A DNA stretch of 42,878 nucleotides from Nitratiruptor sp. Its GTDB lineage: Bacteria > Campylobacterota > Campylobacteria > Campylobacterales > Nitratiruptoraceae. The translations under genes were made by a program, and so were the position numbers. Location of the stretch: positions 1-42,878 of the forward strand of contig WGAX01000183.1 of NCBI GenBank assembly GCA_015494595.1, read 5' to 3'. Positions 1 to 9,117 of the stretch are shown here, piece after piece (the stretch's first letter is position 1; every line of letters starts with the position of its first letter). The notes under the pieces were generated by a model. That model was not told where the DNA came from. It did no database searches and saw nothing but the letters and a program-made list of their open reading frames with translations.

Positions 1-675
1 ATCTACTATCTCTTTGGATAGACTCTCTAACTTCTCTTTAATCTCTATACTATGACGATGTTTTAAAGGATTGTAAGCAAAAATATTCTCATTAATAGTA
101 ACAAAATGGCTCTTTTGGGAGCACTTCTTACCAGCTCCACTTACACCACTTTTGGCATCTATCATTAAAGGGTAACCTAAATCAAGATAGGGTAAAAAAG
201 GGATAACAGCCAGAAGCGTAGCGGTAGGATAGCAGCCTGGATTTGCAACTAAAGAGGCTTTTTCTATTTTTTCTCGATTTATCTCAGGTAGACCATAGAC
301 TGCATCCTCTAAATGCTGAGAATCTGTATGCTTGGTATAAAAAGCTTCGTAGTTTTCAAGCTTGAGTCGATAATCTGCAGAGAGATCCACTACTTTCACC
401 CCAGCTTCAACCAGAGGCTTAGCTACTTGCATAGCGCTTTTGTGAGGCAAAGCCAAAAAAGCCAAATCACACCGTTGTATAATTACCTCAATATCTGTTT
501 TTTGCACAACTTCATCAAACACCTGCCTCAAGGCTGGATAAAGAGAGCTTATTTGCTCCCCTCCTTCACTACTAGATATATAAGCAATTTCAAAATAGGG
601 GTGATTGAGTAAAATTTTAATAAGCTCAACCCCCGTATAGCCGCTAGCGCCAACAACTGCTACTTTATACTTCAT
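1..675 (-). CDS. argC: N-acetyl-gamma-glutamyl-phosphate reductase (3' end runs off the window)
   Basis: Not in the ORF track. Manual translation from ATG at 675 gives MKYKVAVVGASGYTGVELIKILLNHPYF..., later VVDLSADYRL, YGLPE and VANPGCYPTATLLA, all ArgC signatures. Confidence 0.95.
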   Translation of the reverse strand, partial: MKYKVAVVGASGYTGVELIKILLNHPYFEIAYISSSEGGEQISSLYPALRQVFDEVVQKTDIEVIIQRCDLAFLALPHKSAMQVAKPLVEAGVKVVDLSADYRLKLENYEAFYTKHTDSQHLEDAVYGLPEINREKIEKASLVANPGCYPTATLLAVIPFLPYLDLGYPLMIDAKSGVSGAGKKCSQKSHFVTINENIFAYNPLKHRHSIEIKEKLESLSKEIVD

Positions 676-677
676 AG

Positions 678-1169
678 CTACTTCTCAAAATCAATTGGTT
701 TGTAGTAGATCTCTAATACCTCAAAATCGATCTCCCCCTTTGGCAGCTTCACTCTAATCTCATCCCCCTCCTCTTTGCCCAAAAGCTGACGCGCAAGAGG
801 GGTGTTATAAGAGATAAGCCCATGCTCTGGATTGCTCTCGGTTGAGCCAACTATAGTGTATTCAATCTCCTCATCCTCTTCAAGATCTAGCAGCTTCACC
901 GTTGAGCCAAATCCAACTTTGGTATGAGGAAGTTTTGAGGGATCAATCACCTGCGCTCTTGCTAAAAGATCTGAAAGCTCAGCAAGTCTTGCATCAATAA
1001 AGGCTAGACGCTCTTTTGCAGCGTGATACTCTGCATTCTCCCTTAAATCTCCATGCTCTTTTGCTCTTTCAATCTCTTCTACAACTTTTGGGCGCTCCTC
1101 TTTAAGCGCCTCAAACTCTTGTTGAATTTTTCTGTATCCAAACTCCGTCATAGGCTCTTTGTTTTCCAT
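678..1169 (-). CDS. greA: transcription elongation factor GreA
   Basis: HGDLRENAEYHAAKE and ISYNTPLARQLLGK motifs. Start moved to MENKEPMT (1169), which has an AGGA Shine-Dalgarno and avoids overlap with lpxB. Confidence 0.96.
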   Translation of the reverse strand: MENKEPMTEFGYRKIQQEFEALKEERPKVVEEIERAKEHGDLRENAEYHAAKERLAFIDARLAELSDLLARAQVIDPSKLPHTKVGFGSTVKLLDLEEDEEIEYTIVGSTESNPEHGLISYNTPLARQLLGKEEGDEIRVKLPKGEIDFEVLEIYYKPIDFEK

Positions 1170-1185
1170 ACCGTCTAGTCCTTTT

Positions 1186-1203
1186 TTGCTATAATTATAG
1201 CAA
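1186..1203. promoter_or_regulatory. palindromic back-to-back extended -10 promoters (greA / lpxB)
   Basis: Perfect 18-bp palindrome TTGCTATAATTATAGCAA reads TGCTATAAT on both strands, between divergent genes. Confidence 0.8.
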
Positions 1204-1218
1204 CTTTTGGGAGTGTTA

Positions 1219-2226
1219 ATGAATATTTTAATAAGCGCTTTTGAAAAATCTGCCAACCTGCATCTAGCTCATCTACTGCCCCTTTTAGAGTATAAGCCTA
1301 TAGGTATCTTTAATAAAAGTCTTGGAGATCCAATTGTAGATCTGCAATCCCTCTCAGTTATGGGATTTGTAGATGTGTTTAAAAAGATCCCCTTTTTTTT
1401 AGATCTTAAAAAGCAGATGGTGGAGCTAGCAGACAAAGCCCAAAAGGTGCTCTTAATAGATGCTAGCGGTTTTAATCTGCCCCTAGCAAAAGCTATAAAA
1501 AAGCGCTATCCCGACAAAGAGATTATCTACTACATTCTCCCCCAAGCCTGGGCATGGCGCAGAGGTAGGATTAAGACAATCCAAAAATATGTGGACAAAG
1601 CCCTCTCTATCTTGCCCTTTGAGCCTGAGTATTACGATAAAAACTACAATATCAAATATGTGGGACATCCTCTATTGGATGAGATTCCAGCATTTAAAAA
1701 AAGAGTAGTCAAAAGCGATAAAGTTGTCTTTATGCCTGGCAGTAGAGTTGGTGAAATCAAGGCCCTTATGCCAATCTTTAGGGAGGTTAGAAAAAAGATA
1801 GACAAAGAGGCGCTTCTAGTAATACCCTCTCATTTAGAGCCTTCAATGTATGGAGATATTAGCGGCTTTACTCCTACAACCAACGCGTATGAAGCCCTTT
1901 TGCAAAGTGAATTTGCCTTTATCTGTAGCGGCACGGCTACTTTGGAAGCCTCTCTTATTGGCACGCCTCTAGCTCTATGCTATATCGCTAAACCAATAGA
2001 TTACTTCATTGCAAAACATTTTGCCCATATTGATAAAGTAGGTTTAGCAAATATTATGCTAGGCAATATGCATCCAGAGTTTTTGCAAGATGAAGTTACA
2101 GTAGAAAATCTCTTACAAGCTTATAAAAGCGCAAATCCTCAAGAGTTTTTAGAAAAATCTTTTGCTCTTAGGCACTACCTTAAGCATGGCAGTGCAAAAA
2201 ACGCAGCAAGAGAAATAAATGGATAG
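1219..2226 (+). CDS. lpxB: lipid-A-disaccharide synthase
   Basis: SAFEKSANLH, IDASGFN, PQAWAWR, YVGHPL, PGSR and SGTATLE motifs. ATG at 1219 follows GGAG. Confidence 0.95.
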   Translation: MNILISAFEKSANLHLAHLLPLLEYKPIGIFNKSLGDPIVDLQSLSVMGFVDVFKKIPFFLDLKKQMVELADKAQKVLLIDASGFNLPLAKAIKKRYPDKEIIYYILPQAWAWRRGRIKTIQKYVDKALSILPFEPEYYDKNYNIKYVGHPLLDEIPAFKKRVVKSDKVVFMPGSRVGEIKALMPIFREVRKKIDKEALLVIPSHLEPSMYGDISGFTPTTNAYEALLQSEFAFICSGTATLEASLIGTPLALCYIAKPIDYFIAKHFAHIDKVGLANIMLGNMHPEFLQDEVTVENLLQAYKSANPQEFLEKSFALRHYLKHGSAKNAAREING

Positions 2227-3124
2227 TTTCAAGGCTGTCTTTTTTGTCTACTGTTTTATCCTCATCGGCTTTGTTACAAAAAAGATCTTTAAAGAGAGGG
2301 TAGATGAAAAGAGCCTTGTTATTCTCTCGGTTTACATTTTTCAGCCCTTTTTAACTTTTTGGGGATTGCTAAAAAAACAGATAGATTTTGATCTGGCTCT
2401 TTCGCCCTTTATCTTTTTTGCTCTGGGTCTGTTTATTATTGGCATTAATTACTTTTTAGCCAAACTACTCTTTAACGATCAAAAAGATCGATCAATTTTC
2501 ATCGTCTCTTCAGTCATTGGCAATACGGGCAATCTTGGCGTGCCACTAGGCATTGCACTATTTGGTGAAGTGAGCCTGCCATATACCACCATTATCAACC
2601 TTGCTAATGTCTTTATGGTCTACAGTTTTGGAGCATACTTCTATTCTAGAGGCAGCTTTGATGTAAAAAGCTCCATCATCAACACTATCAAACTCCCTAT
2701 TCTTTGGTTTGCCCTTTTAGCAATTGTGCTCAATCTGCAGGGTTTTCACCCCAATAAACATCTAGATCTCTTTTTGCAGATGGGAGCATTTAGCGCTATT
2801 GTGATACAGCTGCTTATATTTGGTTTTTATCTAGCTAAAATTCATCCCCAATTTCTAGACAAAAAGCTCATTATTGCAGTAAGTATAATGAAATTTGTTA
2901 CACTACCTCTGATTGCCTACATCTTTTTAAAGTTTCTGCCTTTGCAAGAGCTTAACAAAAAGATTTTATTTATGGAGATTATGATGCCTTTGGCAGTAGC
3001 CAATGTGAATTTGGCAGCTCTGTATCGGTGCAAAGAGCTGGTAGTTACTGCCCTTATTTTTATTACAACCCTGCTTTTTATTCCACTTTTACCCATCTAT
3101 ATTACAATAATTGAGAGGATTTGA
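2219..3124 (+). CDS. AEC (auxin efflux carrier / malate permease) family transporter
   Basis: About 10 TM segments, GNTGNLGVPLGIALFG motif and C-terminal MPLAVAN. Confidence 0.85.
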   Translation: MDSFKAVFFVYCFILIGFVTKKIFKERVDEKSLVILSVYIFQPFLTFWGLLKKQIDFDLALSPFIFFALGLFIIGINYFLAKLLFNDQKDRSIFIVSSVIGNTGNLGVPLGIALFGEVSLPYTTIINLANVFMVYSFGAYFYSRGSFDVKSSIINTIKLPILWFALLAIVLNLQGFHPNKHLDLFLQMGAFSAIVIQLLIFGFYLAKIHPQFLDKKLIIAVSIMKFVTLPLIAYIFLKFLPLQELNKKILFMEIMMPLAVANVNLAALYRCKELVVTALIFITTLLFIPLLPIYITIIERI

Positions 3125-3900
3125 TGAAAGAGATCTTAATAACAAATGATGATGGATTTGAGTCTTTAGGATTAAGCGCACTTATTGAGGCTATGCGAAA
3201 ACTTGGCAATGTGACAGTAGTGGTGCCAGCTAGTGAAAAGAGTGCCTGCGGACATAGTCTTACACTTACAAAGCCTCTGCGATTTATAGAGATTGAGGAT
3301 AATTTTTACAAACTTGAAGATGGCACGCCAAGCGATTGTATCTATTTGGCTCTGCACGCACTCTATCCAGAGAATAAAAGACCCGATTTAGTGGTAAGCG
3401 GTATCAATAGAGGCGCAAATATGGGAGAGGATATTACCTACTCTGGCACGGTGGCAGGAGCGATGGAGGCAGCCTTATATGATATACCCTCTTTTGCCAT
3501 TAGCCAGGTGTGCAACAGTAACTGCGAGCAGATGGAGCTTACTATCGGTTATTCCAATGCTAAAAAAGTGGCTTTTGAGATTGCAAAAAAGATTTTGCAA
3601 GAGGGCTTTCCTCTTGGCAAAAGAAAGCTTTTAAATATCAATATTCCTCCTACAAAAGAGATTAAAGGCTACAAAATCACAAAAGCTGGATTTAGACTCT
3701 ATGCAAATGAGGCACACCTGCACAGAAATCCAAGAGGGCTGGAGTATTGGTGGCTGGGACTGCATCCACTTGAGTGGGTGCCAAGTGAGCAAAGAGATTG
3801 CGATTTTGAAGCAGTTGCAAATGGTTATGTCTCTATTACTCCTATTAAAGCAGATCTCACTGCATATGAAGAGATGCAAAAATTAAAGAGTTGGCTATGA
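3124..3900 (+). CDS. surE: 5'/3'-nucleotidase SurE
   Basis: ILITNDDG, GTPSDC and VVSGINRGANMGEDITYSGTVAGAMEA. Confidence 0.97.
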   Translation: MKEILITNDDGFESLGLSALIEAMRKLGNVTVVVPASEKSACGHSLTLTKPLRFIEIEDNFYKLEDGTPSDCIYLALHALYPENKRPDLVVSGINRGANMGEDITYSGTVAGAMEAALYDIPSFAISQVCNSNCEQMELTIGYSNAKKVAFEIAKKILQEGFPLGKRKLLNINIPPTKEIKGYKITKAGFRLYANEAHLHRNPRGLEYWWLGLHPLEWVPSEQRDCDFEAVANGYVSITPIKADLTAYEEMQKLKSWL

Positions 3901-4604
3901 GATTTGCTAGGTGTAGAGAGCTTTTTGGCAAAGATTTTGAAAAAATCTCTCAAGCAAAAGTATTAATTTTAGGAGTTGGAGGTGTGGGAAGTTTTACCCT
4001 TGATTGTCTGTATAGAAGCGGAATAAAAGATATTACTATTGTCGATTTTGACAGCTATGACATAACCAACCAAAATCGCCAAATCGGAAGCGAGCATATA
4101 GGTAAAATTAAAGTCGATGTACTTGCAAATCTCTATAAAGGAATAAAAAAGATTAATACAAAAATCGATAATGAGTGGGTAGAGCATTTTGATTTTTCGC
4201 CTTATGATATAGTTATTGATGCTATAGATGATATGGGGGCAAAAGTAGCCATTGCCAAAAAGTGCGCCCCTAAACTTATCTCCTCAATGGGGAGTGCAAG
4301 AAAGTGTGATCCTACAAAGATAGAGGCAGCCTCTATCTGGAAAACCTATGGTGATCCCTTTGCTAAAAAGCTTCGCTACGAGCTAAAAAAGAGCGGTTTT
4401 AAGGGAGATTTTTTGGCAATTTTCAGCCCAGAAGCGCCAAGATGCAGCACAAAGGGAAGCTTTGTGGGAGTAACAGGAAGCTTTGGTCTAGCTATATGCG
4501 CAAAAGCGATTGAAAGAGTAGTTAATGCAAGAAGTAGCCATTGTCATACCTCTATACAACGAAGAGAAAGTAGTACGCCAGACTCTCCTGGAGCTAAGAG
4601 ATAA
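3897..4604 (+). CDS. tcdA: ThiF/MoeB-family tRNA threonylcarbamoyladenosine dehydratase
   Basis: GVGGVG, TNQNRQ, IDAID, SSMGSA, DPFAKKLRYEL and GSFVGVTGSFG. The tail overlaps the next gene by 80 nt. Confidence 0.85.
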   Translation: MRFARCRELFGKDFEKISQAKVLILGVGGVGSFTLDCLYRSGIKDITIVDFDSYDITNQNRQIGSEHIGKIKVDVLANLYKGIKKINTKIDNEWVEHFDFSPYDIVIDAIDDMGAKVAIAKKCAPKLISSMGSARKCDPTKIEAASIWKTYGDPFAKKLRYELKKSGFKGDFLAIFSPEAPRCSTKGSFVGVTGSFGLAICAKAIERVVNARSSHCHTSIQRRESSTPDSPGAKR

Positions 4605-5205
4605 GCGTCCAGATGATGCTATCATTGTGATAGATGATGGCTCAAGAGATAGAAGCTACGAGCAAGCCTGTATACAAGGCGTCTATCTTCTCTCTCATCT
4701 TGTCAATCTTGGGCAAGGAGCAGCCCTACAAACAGGTATAGAGTTTGCCAGAAAACTTGGATGCAAATATGTAGTTACATTTGATGCAGATGGACAGCAC
4801 TGCGCAGATGATATAGAAAAGTTCATAGAGATTTTAAGAAGAGATGAAGCAGATATAGTCCTTTGCTCTAGATTTTTAGGCTCTGCCCTCAATATTCCTC
4901 CTTGTAGAAGATACTTCTTGCGCTTTGCAGCTCTTATTGAGCAGATTTTAACAGGACTCAAACTTACAGATGTCCATAATGGCTTTAGAGCAATTAATAT
5001 AGCTAAATTTCCAACATTTGCCATTAGCCAAAACCGTATGTCTCACGCTTCAGAAATCATTGATCTCATAAAACATCTTAAAATGCGCTATGTAGAAAAG
5101 CCCTGTACCATTCGCTACAGTACATATTCACTTCGTAAAGGGCAATCAATGATTAATAGTATTAATATACTTTTTGAGTTTATTTTAGGAAAGGCTATTA
5201 AATGA
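4525..5205 (+). CDS. GT2 glycosyltransferase, DPM1/GacI/PpgS-like polyprenyl-phosphate sugar synthase
   Basis: IVIPLYNE, IDDGSRD, NLGQGAALQTG, TFDADGQH and TDVHNGFRA. It is followed directly by a DUF2304 gene. Confidence 0.9.
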   Translation: MQEVAIVIPLYNEEKVVRQTLLELRDKRPDDAIIVIDDGSRDRSYEQACIQGVYLLSHLVNLGQGAALQTGIEFARKLGCKYVVTFDADGQHCADDIEKFIEILRRDEADIVLCSRFLGSALNIPPCRRYFLRFAALIEQILTGLKLTDVHNGFRAINIAKFPTFAISQNRMSHASEIIDLIKHLKMRYVEKPCTIRYSTYSLRKGQSMINSINILFEFILGKAIK

Positions 5206-5531
5206 TAGTAATCAAAATCTTTTTGATTCTCATCTTAAGCATTGTCTTTTTACTTCTAGCACTCTCTAGCAGATTTCGCACCTACCAGCGCCTTATTATT
5301 GTGGCATTTTACATTTTATTATCATTTTTAATCATTTTTCCTCAAAAAGCAGATAAAATCGCAGCCTTTTTTGGAATTGGGAGAGGCGTAGACCTTATTA
5401 TCTATCTATCTATTGCCATTTTATCTCTTATCGTAGCTATTTTGTATGCCAAAGTTAAAATGAATGAGCGAGCTCTTACAAAAATTATACGCACACTTGC
5501 TATAATGCAAGCCAAAAAGTGTCATGAATAG
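5202..5531 (+). CDS. DUF2304 family small membrane protein (GacJ/Rv3632-like partner of GT2)
   Basis: 109 aa, 3 TM, FGIGRGVDLIIY motif and C-terminal LTKIIRTLAI. Overlaps the GT2 stop. Confidence 0.85.
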   Translation: MIVIKIFLILILSIVFLLLALSSRFRTYQRLIIVAFYILLSFLIIFPQKADKIAAFFGIGRGVDLIIYLSIAILSLIVAILYAKVKMNERALTKIIRTLAIMQAKKCHE

Positions 5532-6408
5532 AGTCTACTCAAAAGAGCTGATTCAGAGCTGGAAACAGGCTCTTATTGACACCTATGGATTTGAAGAGTA
5601 TATGGACTTTTTAATACAACCCACATTTACTAACACCTATCTTACATATCTACCCCATATCAACTATACTGACAGAGAAAGAGATAACATAGCAGATCTG
5701 TTAGAGCTTGCAAAAGAGAGCAATTACCAAATACGCATCCTCAATTTTGCCTACAAAGATTTCAAAGAGTTTGATACTGTTACACTGCGTCTCAATGTGA
5801 AAGGGTGCAAAAATGCCCAAGATCTTAAAAAGATGTACAAAAAATTGGCTAAGAGATCTATTAACAGAGATAAAAGAAAATATCATCTTACCATTAAAAG
5901 AAATAACGATATTGAGCTCTTTTATGCTATTATCTCTTCAATCTATAAAGATCACGGTACACCAATTTTTCCAAAAGAGCTTTTAGTAAACCTCAAAAAG
6001 TATATGGAGCACAATCTCAATTTTCATATCTTCTATGATAAAAAGGAGCCAATTGGAGGCTTTATGAGCTTTTTTGATAATAAAATTTTAACATTTCAGA
6101 TGGGAGGCCTCCTAAAACAGTATAAAAAGATCTACTCCGGTTACTACTTGCAACATCTTCTTATTATAGAGAATATGGAAAATTTTGATATAGAAGTTGT
6201 CGATTTTGGACGATCTCCCTATAATGGAGGCACCTACTTTTTCAAAACCCGTTTTGGAGCAAAACCTGTAAAAATCGATATTCTCACAAATAGAACAAAA
6301 AATATCTATCAAACCTACTCTTTTGCCTCTGCAATATGGAAACGATTACCAAAATCTTTAGCAAATACCATTGGACCAAAAATTACCAAGTATTTAGTGG
6401 ATTTATGA
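5524..6408 (+). CDS. FemAB-related GNAT-fold protein (similar to the PEP-CTERM/XrtA-associated family)
   Basis: HGTPIFPK, VDFGRS..GGTYFFKTRFGAKP and IWKRLPKSLANTIGPKI resemble FemAB-like proteins of EPS loci. Confidence 0.75.
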   Translation: MNRVYSKELIQSWKQALIDTYGFEEYMDFLIQPTFTNTYLTYLPHINYTDRERDNIADLLELAKESNYQIRILNFAYKDFKEFDTVTLRLNVKGCKNAQDLKKMYKKLAKRSINRDKRKYHLTIKRNNDIELFYAIISSIYKDHGTPIFPKELLVNLKKYMEHNLNFHIFYDKKEPIGGFMSFFDNKILTFQMGGLLKQYKKIYSGYYLQHLLIIENMENFDIEVVDFGRSPYNGGTYFFKTRFGAKPVKIDILTNRTKNIYQTYSFASAIWKRLPKSLANTIGPKITKYLVDL

Positions 6409-7337
6409 AAACATTTCTAAAACTCTCTATCACCATTTTTATCATCTATTGGCTTTTTAAAGATGTAGATTTCTCTCTCCTACTGAAAACTTTGCAAAAT
6501 CTTCACCCCTTTGGCATCTGTGCAACCTTGTTAGCAGTTTTTTTGAGCGATCTTCTTATATCTTTTCGCTGGTACTATTTAAGCCAATATACACACCCCT
6601 TTGTAAGCACTCTTGAAGCCACTATGCTAGCCTTTTTTCTTAATATCTTTGCACCTGCTAAATTAGGGGATTTGGTAAAAATCTACTATCTGCATAAAAA
6701 AGATAGTAAAGACCCAAAACACTCCTCCTCTCTTTTTTTAATAGAGCGATTTTTTGATGTAATCCTCCTTGCATTGCTGATTACTTTTAGTACCCTTTTT
6801 ATTTTTCCCAATACCATTGCGCTTTTTCTTAGTCTCTCTCTTTTGGCTCTTATTGGATGCACAATTTTTATACTTCTCCATAGAAAAATACTTCATACAC
6901 TCCTCTTTTTCGTAAAAATAAAAAAGATTCGGCGCCTACTTTTTCATATTGCTCAAGCAATCCAAAGCAACCTGACTCCCAAAAGAGCACTCACTACATT
7001 TTTCTTAACCCTTGCAGTATGGATGGGATATTACCTCAATAATTTTATATTTTTTCTTTTTACCACCGATTTTGATCTCAATTTTCAGCAGATCTTCACC
7101 GCTTCCACCCTCGCTTTTGCCGTCTCTGCCATTCCTTTAACACCAGGAGGTATTGGCACATTTCAAGCTGCTTTTATCCTTACGCTTGGATGGTATGGAA
7201 TCGGTAAAGAGGAGGCACTGGGAGCATCAACTGTTTTACAGCTACTCTACATTTTACCCGCTACTCTTTTTAGTATCTATCTTTTTATAACCAAAGACTT
7301 TTTAGGAAAAAAAGATGTATCTACCAAATATATATAA
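6405..7337 (+). CDS. lysylphosphatidylglycerol-synthase TM domain / flippase-like protein (UPF0104)
   Basis: FRW, NIFAPAKLGDLVK, ERFFD and IPLTPGGIGTFQ motifs, about 8 TM. Start moved to ATG 6405, which overlaps the upstream stop. Confidence 0.85.
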   Translation: MKTFLKLSITIFIIYWLFKDVDFSLLLKTLQNLHPFGICATLLAVFLSDLLISFRWYYLSQYTHPFVSTLEATMLAFFLNIFAPAKLGDLVKIYYLHKKDSKDPKHSSSLFLIERFFDVILLALLITFSTLFIFPNTIALFLSLSLLALIGCTIFILLHRKILHTLLFFVKIKKIRRLLFHIAQAIQSNLTPKRALTTFFLTLAVWMGYYLNNFIFFLFTTDFDLNFQQIFTASTLAFAVSAIPLTPGGIGTFQAAFILTLGWYGIGKEEALGASTVLQLLYILPATLFSIYLFITKDFLGKKDVSTKYI

Positions 7338-8130
7338 AACCTCCCCTTTGTGGCTTACAATAGATATTGAGGAGTTGGAGGATGCAAATTTTGGTATTAC
7401 ACCCAAAAAGAGGCTCCACATTGATTACGAAGCTCTTATAAAAAAGTGGGATAGACTCTGCAAAAAGCATCAACTTCTCTCTACTGCATTTGTATTAGGA
7501 AAATTTGCCAAAAAGTATCCCCATCTCATACAATATCTAGCCAATGCAGGACACGAAATAGCTTGCCACGGATTAAGGCATAAACTCATCTATACTATGC
7601 CGTTTGATACCTGGTATGAAGAGACAAAAGAGGCAAAAAAGATTTTAGAAGATATTACAGGAAGCAAGATAGAGGGATTTAGAGCCCCAAGCTGGAGTAT
7701 GCCTTTTCAAAAACGCTACTACGAGGCACTAGCAGAGTTAGGCTTTGCCTACTCATCCTCCTATTTTCCCTTTAAAACCTATATGTATGGTAATAGCATA
7801 GATCGTAAATTCCCTTTTATGATCACCACTACATCTGGTACTTTTATAGAGATTCCTATCCCTAAACACATTATCCCTTTTAGTGGTGGATTTTATATGC
7901 GCACCCTCCCCTTTTTCCTTATTCGCTACCTTTTTCATAATCTAATGAAGAGAGGAGTTAAACCGATAATCTACACACACCCCTATGAGCTTTTACCAAA
8001 CCTTTTTGGTAGATTCAGAAAGGATGTGCAATTCAATCTGCCCTATATTTTAACTTTTATAGCACTAGAGGATAGCTATAAGAGATTTGATACAATAGTG
8101 CAACTCTTTGGAAGGAAAGAGAATGTATAA
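7315..8130 (+). CDS. CE4 polysaccharide deacetylase (DUF3473/XrtA-associated type)
   Basis: LTIDIEE, HEIACHGLRH, GFRAPSWS, SGGFYMR and YTHPYE. No signal peptide is visible. Confidence 0.9.
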   Translation: MYLPNIYKTSPLWLTIDIEELEDANFGITPKKRLHIDYEALIKKWDRLCKKHQLLSTAFVLGKFAKKYPHLIQYLANAGHEIACHGLRHKLIYTMPFDTWYEETKEAKKILEDITGSKIEGFRAPSWSMPFQKRYYEALAELGFAYSSSYFPFKTYMYGNSIDRKFPFMITTTSGTFIEIPIPKHIIPFSGGFYMRTLPFFLIRYLFHNLMKRGVKPIIYTHPYELLPNLFGRFRKDVQFNLPYILTFIALEDSYKRFDTIVQLFGRKENV

Positions 8131-9115
8131 AAACGCAACTTTTGCGCTTCTGCTTCTACCTTTACTATTTCTAGGATGCGCAAAAACTGCAGAGCAAAAA
8201 GAGATTAAAAAGAGCAAAGAGGGTATTACTATCCGTTTGGAGGGTACAGTATATCCCAGTAAAAAAGAGGCAATTATTGCTCCAATGACTGGACGCATCA
8301 AACATATTTTTGTGAAACCTGGTGATAGAGTTGCAAAAAATAGCCTTATTGCAAGTTTTGAGACAATTGTTACAGAGTATGATGTACAAAAGACCGTACA
8401 GGAGTTGGAATACCTCAAAAAGCTCAAAAAATTTTTGCAAGCTAGTAAAAAAGAGAATATGAGCTTGGCCCTTGTCAATATAGCTAGAGAAAAGTTGGAG
8501 AGGCTCTCAAAACTACGGGCAAAAGGATATGCTGATACATTGGAGTATGATAATGCAAAAGCACTTTATGCTTCAAGTCTACATAACAGGTATAGTGAAA
8601 AAGAATCAAAAACAGAGAAACTGCACTTTTTGGATGAGAGAATCAATGTTACAAAAAATGAGCTTTTGAAACTGCAACACACCTTGGCACTCAGTCAAAT
8701 TAGAAGTAATCTTAGCGGTTTTGTAGCCGATATTGATACGCAGGTAGGAGAGTATGTAGCTAAAGGCACCAAATTGGGGCATATTGTAAATTTGGACAAG
8801 GTTATTGTAAAAGCAGGGGTAGCACCAGGACTGCTCCCCTTTATTAAAAAAGGTAAAAAGGTTAAAATAGACTTTATTACAACACCCCCTTACAAAGTGG
8901 AATCTACAATCTCAAGAGTTGTTATGGTAGTAGATCCAGATTTTAAAAGAATGACTGCAGAGATTGAAATTCCAAATAAAAATTACCTTCTTCAAGAGGG
9001 AACAAAGGCGCTTGTAACAGTCTATTTAACAAAAGAGGAGCAGCAATTTATCAAAGAGAACTTTTTAGATCGAGCTAATCAAACTCTCTATGAGGTAAAA
9101 TCTTTCAACCGATAA
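8123..9115 (+). CDS. HlyD/RND-type periplasmic adaptor (membrane fusion) lipoprotein
   Basis: Lipobox LFLGC. Lipoyl halves APMTGRIKHIFVKPGDRV and IRSNLSGFV..VGEYVAKG flank a coiled coil. ATG at 8123 follows GGAAGG. Confidence 0.88.
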   Translation: MYKNATFALLLLPLLFLGCAKTAEQKEIKKSKEGITIRLEGTVYPSKKEAIIAPMTGRIKHIFVKPGDRVAKNSLIASFETIVTEYDVQKTVQELEYLKKLKKFLQASKKENMSLALVNIAREKLERLSKLRAKGYADTLEYDNAKALYASSLHNRYSEKESKTEKLHFLDERINVTKNELLKLQHTLALSQIRSNLSGFVADIDTQVGEYVAKGTKLGHIVNLDKVIVKAGVAPGLLPFIKKGKKVKIDFITTPPYKVESTISRVVMVVDPDFKRMTAEIEIPNKNYLLQEGTKALVTVYLTKEEQQFIKENFLDRANQTLYEVKSFNR

Positions 9116-9117
9116 GA

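Noticed and set aside
313-612. 99-aa plus-strand ORF
   Set aside because: It is the antisense shadow of argC, which the track missed because argC has no stop in the window.
5524-8130. PEP-CTERM/exosortase system implied by the FemAB-like and deacetylase genes
   Set aside because: No exosortase or PEP-CTERM protein is in the window; family resemblance alone is insufficient.
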